A stretch of 64,000 nucleotides of DNA from Okamejei kenojei. Its lineage: Eukaryota. Of this stretch, positions 1 to 10,506 are shown piece by piece. Made by a program: the position numbers and the translations under genes. The DNA is taken from NCBI GenBank assembly GCA_035221665.1, contig CM069164.1, positions 15,748,001-15,812,000 on the forward strand. Direction: 5' to 3'. The notes under the pieces were generated by a model. That model was not told the origin of the DNA. It saw only the letters and a program-made list of their open reading frames with translations, and ran no database searches. Numbering within the stretch: position 1 is the first letter of the stretch; each line of letters opens with the position of its first letter.

Positions 1-59
1 GCTCTACTGGTTATAGATTTCTAGGCAGAAAAACAACCATCCACCACTACTTTATTATT

Positions 60-2170
60 ATTCAATAAAAGTGTTAGGGAAACTGAAGGAATTAAAAACC
101 AACAAATCTCCAGTGCCTGACAGTTTGTATCTAAGAATACTTAAGTAAGTGGCCTAGAAAAAGTGGAATATTGGTGGTCATTGTTCAACATTGGTATCGG
201 TATTGGTTTATTATTGTGACCCGTGTACCAAGATACAGGGATTTAAGAATGCAATACATGTAGGTCATCCAAATGTGAATACAATCAAATCATGCCGTAT
301 AAAGTGTTTCAGCTATAGTGAAAGTGTAGATAAAAAGAAAGAGATTGCAAGGACCGCAATTAGGTAGAATTGGGGAATTTGGAATACAGCCTAATATCCA
401 TTCGCTTTGAACATTCTTTAGAATTTGAAAGAGTTCCAATGGATTGGAGATTAGCTAATCTAAGATAGATAGAGAGAAAACAAGGAATTATAGACAGGTT
501 AGCCTGACATCAGTGAAAATGTTAGAATTCATTGTGAGAGATAGAAGGTTATATTACTTGGGATTCAGGGAGAGCTAGCTAATTGGTTACATATTTGGCT
601 TAATAACAGGAAGCAGAAGGTGATGGTGGGAGGTTAGATGACTTGGTATCTAAGGACAACTATTTTATTGGATACACATTTTGCTTGTTGCAGGAAGTAG
701 AAGGTAATGGTGGAAGGTTGTTTTTTGGACAAAAAGCCCAAGACAATTTGTGTGCCTTAGTGTTTGGTGCCGGGCCCATTGTTGTTTGTCGTCTATATAA
801 TTTTGCAGATTTTACTAAAATCGTAGAGAGTTGGGAAGGGTTATCAATTTGTTGCAATGGGATCTTCATCAACAGGGTAAGGGTTCTGAGGAATGGCAAA
901 TGGAGTTGAATTCAGATTGAAGTACAAGCTATTGTAATTTGGGATGCCAAAGCAGGTTAGGACTTTTACAATGAATGGTGTGGCCTAGGGCGAGTTTTAA
1001 AACAGAGGAACCTAGGTGTACAAGTACATAATTCTCAGAAAGCGGACAGGGTGGAGAAGAAAGCTTTTGTCCTCTGGCATTTATCAGCAAGGGTATTGAA
1101 TATAAAAGTTGTGACTTATGCTGCAATTGTATAAGACATTGGTGAAGCTGCACTTGGAGAATTGTGTTCAGTTTTGGTCGCCCATCTATAGGAAAGATGC
1201 CATTAAATTGAAAAGAGTGCAGAAAAGAATTAAGAGGATGTTACAAAGACTCAAGGGACTGAGTTTTATAGGGAGAGCTTGGGCAGGCTTGGACTTTATT
1301 CTGTGAAGCATAGTACGCTGAGGGATGAACTTATAGAGGTGTATAAAATAATTACAGATAAAGATAAGATGAATGTACGCAGTAGAATTATGAGGAAATC
1401 GATAGGGTGAATGCACAATCTGTTTCCCAGGTTGGTATATCAAGAACTATAGTTGGTATATCAAGAGGGCATAGATTTAAGGTGAGAGAGGAAAGATTTA
1501 ATTTTTTCATGCAGTGGATGGTACATATATGGAACGAGCTGCAAGGGGAAGTAGTTGAGGCAAGTATTGTAACATTTAAAACATGTTGGGACAGGCACGG
1601 TTGAGCAAGGTTTGGAAATGTATGGGACAACACGGGCAAATAGGACTCGTATAGATGGGTATCTCGACCAGCATGGACAAGTTGGGCTGAAGGCCCTGTT
1701 TGAAGGATCTATGACCCAATGGAAAGCAGAACGCTTGGTGACAGGATTAGAATGTGTCAACATAGATTCATAAAAGGAAATTGGGCTTGACAAGTCAACT
1801 GCAATTCTTACAGGATGTAGCTCGCAGAATAGATGACAGAGAACCAGTGGATGTGTTGCATTTGGACATCCGGAAAGCTTTTTATAAGGTTCACATGAGA
1901 TTAATTCATAAAATTAAAACAGAGTTTGGGGTAATATGTTGATATGGAGAACTGGATAGCTAGCAGGAAACAGAATGGAATAAATAGATTTTTTTCTGAA
2001 CTGCAGGAAGTGCCCAATGGGTTACCACAGGGATTAGTATTAGGGCAGCTATGATTGGTGATTTAAATGTAAGAATTAGTTGTAATTTCTCCAATTTGCA
2101 GATGACACAAAACTGTGGGAAGGTGATTATTAAGGAGGTTGCAGAGAAGCTCCAGGTTGAAGACATAAGA
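60..2170 (+). mobile_element. Mosaic of decayed CR1-type LINE ORF2 and 3'UTR fragments
   Basis: ORF 1118-1306 MLQLYKTLVKLHLENCVQFWSPIYRKDAIKLKRVQKR is the CR1 ORF2 C-terminal motif; SRGHRFKVR motif near 1460; RT FADDTK-like codons near 2096; many stops. Confidence 0.8.
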
Positions 2171-2482
2171 CTGCAGAGACTGGAATTTTGAGCAAAAAAC
2201 AAGCTGTTGGAGGAACTCCATGGGTCAGGCAGTATCTGCAAAGGGAAATGGACAGCAACCTTTTGGGTTGGGATTCTTTTTCAGTGAGGGACTAAATGAG
2301 GGGGGGGGGAGGGGGTAGAAAGCTGGAAAATAAAGATTTGGATGGGATAAAGCCTGAAAAACAAAATGTAACAGTGATTTTTATGTAACTTTTTTTAAAG
2401 ACTAATTATAATAAAAATCTTTATTATGTGATGCAACTAAATTTCAGTTTCATGTTGTTTAAAAATATGTTAATATTAATAA

Positions 2483-2605
<123 letters not shown>

Positions 2606-2819
2606 TGAGAATACCAATGAGTAACTTGCACAAATTATTTATTTTGAAATGTAGTCACATTGTTGCAGAATTTGCACTGTATTTGCTATAAGTATACCAA
2701 TTTGAAAACTGTTGGGGAGAGATTGATAGCCCCTCAGGGGAAAGCTACAGCAGCAGCACAACAGTGGTGCCACGATTGGCTCTGTTGTGCCCCAGGGATG
2801 GTTAAAGTCTTGGCAAGCA

Positions 2820-4030
2820 GTAGTGATAGGGGATGCGAAAGTCAGGAGTACAGATAGGTGTTTCTGTGACCATGAGTCTGACTCCAGGATCATATGTTGC
2901 TTCCCAAGTGCCAATATTAAGAGTTAAAGAAGGAACTGCAGATGCTGGAAAATCGAGGGTTTACACAAAAAGCTGGAGAAACTCAGCGGGTGCAGCAGCA
3001 TCTATAGAGAAAAGGAGATAGGCAACGTTTCGGGCCGAATCCCTTCTTCAGTCTGAAGAAGGGTTTCGGCCAGAAACGTTGCCTATGGGTTTCGGCCAGA
3101 AATGTTGCCTATCTCCTTCGCTCCATTGATGCTGCTGCACCCGCTGAGTTTCTCCAGCTTTTTGTGTAAACCCCCAATATTAAGAGTGTCTTGTAACTGA
3201 TACAAGACATTCTGACAGAGGAGGGTGAGCAGCCAGAGGTCATGGTCCATATTGGTACTAACAATATAGGCAGGAAGAGAGATGTGCTTCTGTAAAGTGA
3301 ATATTAGGAGACAGACAGAAGGTTAAAAAATGGGATCTCAATAGTTCTAAAGGTAGTAACAGGAGGATAGGACGAATGAATGACTGAATATTGACTGGAA
3401 CTGCTAAGAAATTAGATGCGATAAAATTTGTTAAGTGAGTCCAAGAAAGTATTCTGAAGCAAAATATAAATGGCCCTACTAGAAAAGGGGCTACCCTCAA
3501 TCTTCTCTCAGGATATGAGGCTGCATGAGTGGTTGGTGTGTGAGTGGAGGTTCACTTTGACAGCAGTGACTATAATTTTATTAATTTCAAGATAGTTATG
3601 GAAACAGATAGGATTGGCCCTGAAGTTGAAGTCCTAAATTGGGGGAAGGCTAATTTCAATAGTATAGGGCCAAAAGTCACAAAAGTTGATTTCGGGAGGT
3701 TGTTTGCACATAAAGGAACTTCTTCAGAATGAACATCTATATGTTATAGTGAAAGACAAAATCCAGGAACCTTGGTTGATGAAGGATATTAAAGGTTAGG
3801 AAAAAGGAGGCATACAACAGGAGCCGGGATCAAGCAAATCCCATGAGGGGATAAGGATGAAGAACACAGGATGGAAATTGGAAGGGCAAAAAAGGGCCAT
3901 GCGATTTCCCTGGCAGATATGATAAAGGAAATCCTAGAAGATTCCAGAGGTATTTTAAGAACAAAAGGGTAGCTCAAGAAAGAGAGTAGGTTTTCTTAAG
4001 CATCAATATGTGTGACTACAGGAACAGAGG
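2820..4030 (+). mobile_element. Old CR1 ORF1 (esterase) and ORF2 N-terminal remnants, interrupted by a Penelope fold-back insert
   Basis: 3220-3264 encodes EGEQPEVMVHIGTNN (CR1 ORF1 SGNH-esterase motif); ORF 3544-3732 has SDYNFINFKI...LNWGKANF (end of the APE endonuclease). Confidence 0.65.
2925..3173. mobile_element. Penelope-like pseudo-LTR in fold-back arrangement (full copy plus inverted partial copy)
   Basis: Arms of ~2958-3050 and ~3052-3173 are reverse complements; CTGAAGAAGGG...GAAACG core; flanked by 14-bp direct repeat ccaatattaagagt at 2911-2924 and 3174-3187. Confidence 0.75.
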
Positions 4031-4034
4031 AAGA

Positions 4035-5175
4035 CATGGAAATGGATAGAAATTTGGTTAGCAGACAGGAAACAAAGAGTAGGAATTAACGGGTCCCTTT
4101 CAGACTGACAGGCAGTGACTAGTGGGGTGCCTCAAGGCTCGGTGCTGGGACCGCAGCTATTTAAAATATATATTAATGATTTGGATGAAGGAATTAAAAG
4201 TAACATTAGCAAATTTGCAGATGACACAAAGCTGGGTGGCATGGTGAACTGTGAAGAGGATGCTATGAGGATGCAGGGTGACTTGGATAGGTTGAGTGAA
4301 TGGGCAGCTGCATGGCAGTTGCAGTATAATGTGGATAAATGCGAGGTTATCCACTTTGGTGGTAAGAACAAGAAGGCAGATTATTATCTGAATGGTGTCA
4401 AATTAGGAAAAGGGGAATTGCAACGAGTCCTGGGTGTCCTTGAATTACCATTACGATTTGATATGTATGTCAATCCAATGGCTGACATCAGTCACTGAAA
4501 GTAGGCATGCAAATACAGCAAGCAGTGAAGAAAGCTAATGGCATGTTGGCCTTCATAACAAGAGGATTTGAGTATAGGAGCAAAGAGGTCCTTCTGCAAT
4601 TATACTCCTGGTGGTCCCTGGTGAGACCACACCTGGAGTATTGTGTGCAGTTTTGGTCTCCTAATTTGAGGAAGGGCATTCTTGCTATTGAGGGAGTGCA
4701 GCGTAGGTTCACGAGGTTAATTCCTGGGATGGCAGGACTGTCATATGATAAAATAACTGGGCTTGTATTCACTGGAATTTAGAAGGATGAGAGGGGATCT
4801 TATAGAAACATACAAAATTATTAAGGGATTGGATATGCTAGATGCAGGAAACATGTTCCTGATGTTGGGGGAGTCCAGAACCAGAGCCACAGTTTAAGAA
4901 TAAGGGGTAGGCCATTTAGAACTGAGATGAGGATAAACCTTTTCACCCAGAGAGTTGTGTATTTGTGTGAATCTCTGCCAGTGGAGGCCGATTCACTGGA
5001 TGCATTCAAAAGAGAGTTTAATAGAGCTCTTAGGGCTAGCGGAATCAAGGGATATGGGGAGAATGCAGGAATGGGTTACTGATTGTGGGTGATCAGCCAT
5101 GATCACATTGAATGGTGGTGCTGGCGCAAAGGGCCAAATACATCCTCCTGCAACTATTTTTTATGTTTTCTATGT
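4035..5175 (+). mobile_element. 5'-truncated CR1 LINE (RT domain to 3'UTR), relatively young
   Basis: ORF 4115-4498 TSGVPQGSVLGPQLFKIYINDLDEGIKSNISKFADDTKLGG; ORF 4507-4782 LVRPHLEYCVQFWSP; 3' tail tatgtttt-like at ~5160-5175. Confidence 0.92.
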
Positions 5176-8089
5176 AACTGCAGATGCTGGTTCACACTGA
5201 AGATAGACACGAAATGCTGGAGTAACTCACCAGGTCAGGCTCCATCTGAAAAAGGGATGCTACCTGACCAGCTGAGTTACTCCAACATTTTGTGTCCACT
5301 TTTTGTGATTGGATGGGTTAGAACTGTAAAGGTTTGATTTAAATACATTGTGCTATAAAATTAGCCTTTCAACCCAAAAATATAAAATAATTCTTCTATT
5401 CATTATATAGTAATTATATTTTTGGTTTAACAATATTCATATTGGACGGTATTGTATTTTTCTATTTGTTGATTAAATTGTTCTAATGATTAACTTGTGA
5501 AAATAATTTGGAACTGGATAGAAGGGGCTTTTCACCTTCAGCAGCCCCTTTTCCCAATGAAGCATCCGCCTTCTGTCTTTTGCCATACTGTAGGGTGATC
5601 ATATGGAATATAGTATGGTTGCTTGTCCTGATAATTTATTTATGTTGACAGAACTCATTAACGTGAGATGATGTAATGAATATGCTGCTTTGATTGCTTG
5701 CCTTAGGCAGACATAATTCTAACATTTTATGAAAAATGAAAGTTGTCTATACAGAGCTGTCAAAATTGTTCCTGGAAGTGACTACATGTCATGAGAGTAA
5801 GGGGCATTGATTTGAAGGGGCAAATGCTTTCTCCTGCTTGTCTCAAATGCAATGGAAACGTGGTGAACGATGCACACATGTATTCTCTGTGGGCAGTACA
5901 ATTTCTTTACCTTCATGTTTGCACATACTGCTGTGAAAAAGGCTCCGTTCACATAGTAAACAGTTCTTCTGGAGAGGATGCTGTCCCTTCTGATCTAGCT
6001 TTTTAACCCTTAGCCTTGCACCCTAAATTCACTTTGCAGGATCTCATCCGTATTCCTACATCTGCCATTAGTGTCAATGTGTACTAAGCCTGTTCCAGAG
6101 ATGTCTGCAGGCCAAGAGCTGGTGAATGGAGTTGGTATAGGTAGGTACTTTATGGTCTGCATAGACCAGGTGGGCTGAAGGGCTTCTTTCAAAGCTGTGT
6201 GATTTCATGACTCTGACAAATGACAGAAAGGTTACCATTAGGATTTGATATGTATGTCAATCCAATGGCTGACTCAGATAAAGAGTATAGTCTTTGTCTG
6301 GAGGCATCAGAGCCATATGTGTAGAGGTGCAGAGGAAACATACCCGCTTGTTCTCCAGGCTAAGGGATTGCAGCGTGGTCAGAAGTATGGGATTGAAGAA
6401 AATGAAATTACAAGTAGAATGAAAGAAAAATGAATTTTAACACTTCATGGAACCTATCATTGTATAAAATTAGTAATTTTACCACTATTGGTAAAAAGAC
6501 AAATTTTATACCAAGGTAGATTCCATAGCTAAATAGGAAGTTTTTTTTTTCTATTATGTTAAAATTATATTTACTATTACATGTTTAAGCTTTTACATGA
6601 AAAAAAATAAACGTTATCCGAAAGGTTATTAAAACTAAATTAATTGAATGACTTCACAAGTGTAAGGGATTTTATTTTCATTACTGTTACGAGATCAATT
6701 AGAGAATTTTTTCCTGGAGGGAAACACTGTTCTTGTAATATCATTAATCAGAGCTACAGAATATCCAGTCAAAGAGTGTGTTATCAATGACCAAGCAAAT
6801 TTCATAAATGTTGCCACAATCATGTGTAAGTAAAATACATAAATAAATTAAAAGTTTTCAGATTATCACATTGAGCATTGTATTTTACTTTGGGGGATAA
6901 AAATGTTCACAATGATTTAATTGCACACATCTTTCATAACTTTTATTTCTATCCTGGGCTGCATTCCAACAATTTTTTTCGCAGTTGCAGTCTTTCATTT
7001 ACTAAAACTGGGATCAGGAGCCAACTTTTAAATTAAGTATGCCTTGTTAATTTTTATAAATGACATATCAAGACTTATTTTCGAAGTAAAATCCACATTG
7101 TGCCAATATGGTTACAAAAATTTCATAACCAGCGTCTGTAATTTTAAGCATTTGCTAATGCTATTCCTTGGCTCTACATTAGCCTCTGAAATTTTCATTT
7201 AGTAAGTATTTTTAGACGTGATGCGTTTTTTGATTGTAACAATAAATTGAAGCGCTACTGCAATGCAGAAAAAGGTGAGATCTTAATTTAAGAAACATGC
7301 AAATGAACTCTGATGTAGCATGGCTCAGCAGCAAATGAATATTTTTTATACTTGACCGTGTGGTGTGCTACATTTTTCCTTCCAATCTCATATATTTACA
7401 GTTACCAAAAAAATCCCAGGCATCTGCCAGTGTGGCCCTGGCCTGATTGCTGACAGCTTCTTAAAATGCATACCTCTGCCTTTGGTTTAGATTTCCACCC
7501 TTCCCAGGAACATATATTAAATGTTTTCTGGTATATAAGTCTGAGATTCAGTATTGAAATAACCTACCCGTGCATGCGTATGATAGAGAATTTAATTAAA
7601 TAAAAACTAAGTACTGTGGATGCTGAAAATCTGAGTTTAGCCTGAGCTTATCTGGTGAATCCTGCACCACACAGATATCCGCATGCTGAAGAGCACATGG
7701 TCAGTTTTTGCACTAGCTGATAAAGTAATTTTCCTCATTCCACAGGTGGTTGACATGAAAGCCCTGGGTGATGCCTCTCAGCAGATACCCATGGCTTCAT
7801 ACCCCTACCTCAAAAAAGGACACAGTTGAAAAATGTCACCAAAGGTTTCATACCTGTAAGGAGGGGGGATATTAAAATATTTGTTATGGCCAGCTCCTGA
7901 AATTTTTTAATTGTTTTGCTCTAAGTATTTATATCTGATTTACTAGTCATAAGCCAGTGGCCTCTTACAAAAAATTGTCCAAATGGAGTTTAAGATACAG
8001 GTCCTCCAGAGATTATGAACGCCTAACTGGTGTACAGTCAATAGATATGAACGAGCATTTGGGAGACTGTCGATTTGCCAGTTGCTATG

Positions 8090-8245
8090 GGGTTTTTAGT
8101 TTAGAAATACAGCTAATAGGCCCTTCGGCTCACCGTCCATGCTGACCAGCGATCCCCGTACACTAACGCTATCCTACACACACCAGGGCCAATTTACAAT
8201 TTTACCAAGACAATTAGCCTACAAACTCGTACGTCTTTGGAGTGC
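8090..8245 (-). mobile_element. HE1/V-SINE 3' fragment
   Basis: Matches the reverse complement of the 3' half of the SINE at 14417-14712 (cctacacacac...aattagcctacaaac...tctttggagtg). Confidence 0.7.
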
Positions 8246-8374
8246 TTGTAGGCACCTTCTGGTGTATGGGACCTTGGTTCGATATCTGAGTGTTTGATTT
8301 AAATATTCTGGTTTAACTACATGTCACCCTGGTTGGCCTACGTTTTTACTTAAATATCTTGCTGGGCAACCATG

Positions 8375-8965
8375 TTTCTGTGAGACCAAGCATAGACTAT
8401 GTGACCGTTTTGCTGAATATTTTCTCTTGATCCAGCATGGCCTGCTGGATCTCCTGGTTGCTGACTATTTTAATTCCCCTTCCATTCAATACTGATCTTT
8501 CTGTCCTGAGCCTCTTCCATTGCCAGAGTGGGGCCATGTGCAAACTGGACGAACAGCTCCTCATATTCTTCTTGAGCAGGTTACAACCTAACAGCATGAA
8601 CATTGAATTCTCCAATTTAAGGCAACTAACCTCCAACTAATCTCTTCTTCTTCCCCCCCTCCCTATTCTCCCCCCCCCCCACTCCCCCCCCCCCCCCTTC
8701 TCTGTGTCGCAGCTGGATTTGCACCAATTCCTCCCCTTCCCACTCCCCCCCCCCCCCCAATTCCCTTCCACGTATATTCCTTGCGCTAGTTTCACAATTC
8801 GCACATCTTCAATTCTTATCTCACACTTTTGTCTCTTCATTATTGGCCTTTGTCCAATCATCTGCCGATTTAAAAACAAACAAACCCACATCTGTATCCA
8901 CCTATCCCTCGCCAAGCTTTGTCTGCTGCCACTTCTTTTCAGCTTTCCTCCTCTAAATTGTCATA
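8375..8965 (+). mobile_element. Penelope-like element, GIY-YIG C-terminal and 3' region
   Basis: ORF 8437-8640 ...CKLDEQLLIFFLSRLQPNSMNIEFSN is the typical vertebrate Penelope ORF end, followed by a C-rich 3' region; paralogous to 43550-44085. Confidence 0.75.
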
Positions 8966-8996
8966 GTCCAGATGGCAGGCAGGAATATTAATAATT

Positions 8997-9249
8997 GGTA
9001 GACAAAAGTGCTGGAGAAACTCAGCAGGTGGGCAGCATCTATGGAGCGAAGGAAATAGGCAACTTTTCGGGCCAAAACCCTTCTTCAGACAGATCTTCTG
9101 AAGAAGGTCAGTCTTCAGTCTGAAGAAGCGTTTCGGCTCGAAACGTTGCCTATTCCCTTCGTTCCATAGATGATGCTGCACCCGTTGAGTTTCACCAACA
9201 CTTTTGTCTACCTTCGATTTTCCAGCATCTGCAGTTCCTTCTTGAACAT
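8997..9249. mobile_element. Second Penelope pseudo-LTR fold-back (inverted partial plus full copy)
   Basis: ggtagacaaaagtgctggagaaactc...cccttcttcagac followed by its reverse complement agtctgaagaag...ttttgtctacc, extending to gcatctgcagttccttcttgaaca; same family as 2925-3173. Confidence 0.75.
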
Positions 9250-9382
9250 ATTTATAACAGGGGAAGGCTCTACCCTTCTTCCACTGTGGCGGGGGGGGGG
9301 GGGGGAGGAGGGAATTGGTGGTCTGTTTCCTGACTAAGGAGGACAAATCGGTCCTGGAGTGGATGGCCTTATCTCACGAACA

Positions 9383-9436
9383 GGGGTGGAAGATTGCAAC
9401 CTTCACGTGGTCCGCCCTGTTTCGACTAATGCAATC
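9383..9436 (+). ncRNA. Minimal HDV-like (CPEB3-type) self-cleaving ribozyme, predicted
   Basis: P1 GGGGTGG (9383-89) pairs with CCGCCCT (9412-18) including the G1-U wobble; P2 GATTGCA (9392-98) with TGCAATC (9430-36); P3 ACC with GGT; L3 TTCACGT; GT after P1; J4/2 C9426-TAA; P4 reduced to TTCGA. Activity is not shown. Confidence 0.8.
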
Positions 9437-9512
9437 AACTCGACGTGCACAAACGGAAGATCAAATAGTTGTCCAACAACTTTGGGCTGTGCACGCCACA
9501 CGAAAGAAGAAG
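9383..9512 (+). mobile_element. Short retroposon with 5' HDV-like ribozyme and (GAA)n tail, copy 1 (intact)
   Basis: 12-bp TSD atctcacgaaca at 9371-9382 and 9513-9524; homologous copies at 20803-20938 and 59771-59906 share the same 5' end. Confidence 0.88.
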
Positions 9513-10283
9513 ATCTCACGAACAGATGCAGGGCAAAATTGAGAGAAAGGGATGGCATCTTTACAAAATATATATTTTGAGAAGGCGTGGTGTAGGTAGC
9601 TGAGGGAATTAGTGGGTTTGTAATAAATAACAGTTTGTGTTCTGTTCAAAGATGGTTTATTATTTTTATTGCATGTGTTTCAAGAGAAAAGCATCTGTCT
9701 GCAATATTCCATTAGAAACCCTAACTCAATACCAGATTATTGATTGTTTTTGAACACTTTGTAAATATAGAGTAATGGGTAGCTGTGGTAGAGCTATGAT
9801 CCAATTCAGGTGCTGTACACCAGTGCTTTCATGGAGAAAAAATATCCAAGGCTCTGAGATAAGATCAGGATTCAGATGTCAATAACAGACCACAAGAGTA
9901 TAGTTTAAGCAGTTCACAAGTGTCTAATTTTTGAGATCATATTGCAGTTTGGAACTCCCAAATAATTTAGCTGTGCTATTGACGTTTTGCTTTTTTGTGA
10001 TATTAAAAAGATTTGAAGACAGAATGAAAACATAATATAGAGGGCAGTAGAGGGCAAAATATATCAAAAGAAATGAGTTAAAGGCTAGCAGAAAAAATGT
10101 GTTTGAGATAAAGTGAATGTGACTGAGATAAGGGAGGACGTATGGAAGAAATCTAGTTGAGGAGCAGAATTGGGACAAAATTAAAAATGCAATCGCATGA
10201 AATGGCCAAATGTGTGAGGTTAGAAATTGCAAGAGCATTGGAAAAAGAATGAGAGCATGGAGAGAAACAAATTGTATTCTTTC

Positions 10284-10420
10284 CTGAAGAAGGGTCCCAG
10301 CCCGAAACGTCACCTATCTATGTTCTCCAGAGGTTCTGCTGACCTGCCGCCTGATGCTGCCTGACTCTGGCACTTTATCCTTATTTGTAAACCAGCAATT
10401 GCAGTTCCTTGTTTCTACTG
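10284..10420 (+). mobile_element. Penelope pseudo-LTR fragment with hammerhead-like core
   Basis: CTGAAGA-A-GGGTcccaGCCC-GAAAC-GTC at 10284-10311, then the family's ...gcagttccttg end. Confidence 0.65.
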
Positions 10421-10506
10421 TATACTTTTCTAGTCGACTCAGTTCCCATGTTAACACTCAATCTGCTTGGATTGTTCTCTGCAATATTAAGTAGTTTAAA
10501 AGTAGT

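Larger units (their letters stand above)
9258..9650 (-). mobile_element. Penelope RT C-terminal remnant, host of the ribozyme-SINE insertion
   Basis: ORF 9461-9649 YYKPTNSLSYLHH...CKDAIPFSQF resembles the Penelope YxKPTDSHSYLDYxSSHPxxCKxAIPFSQF motif. Confidence 0.7.

Noticed and set aside
9419-9427. GTTTCGACT as a Pol III B-box, making the element a tRNA-derived SINE
   Set aside because: Only a loose match, with no convincing A-box or cloverleaf. It is altered in copy 3, and the surrounding pairings fit the HDV fold completely. A dual role cannot be fully excluded.
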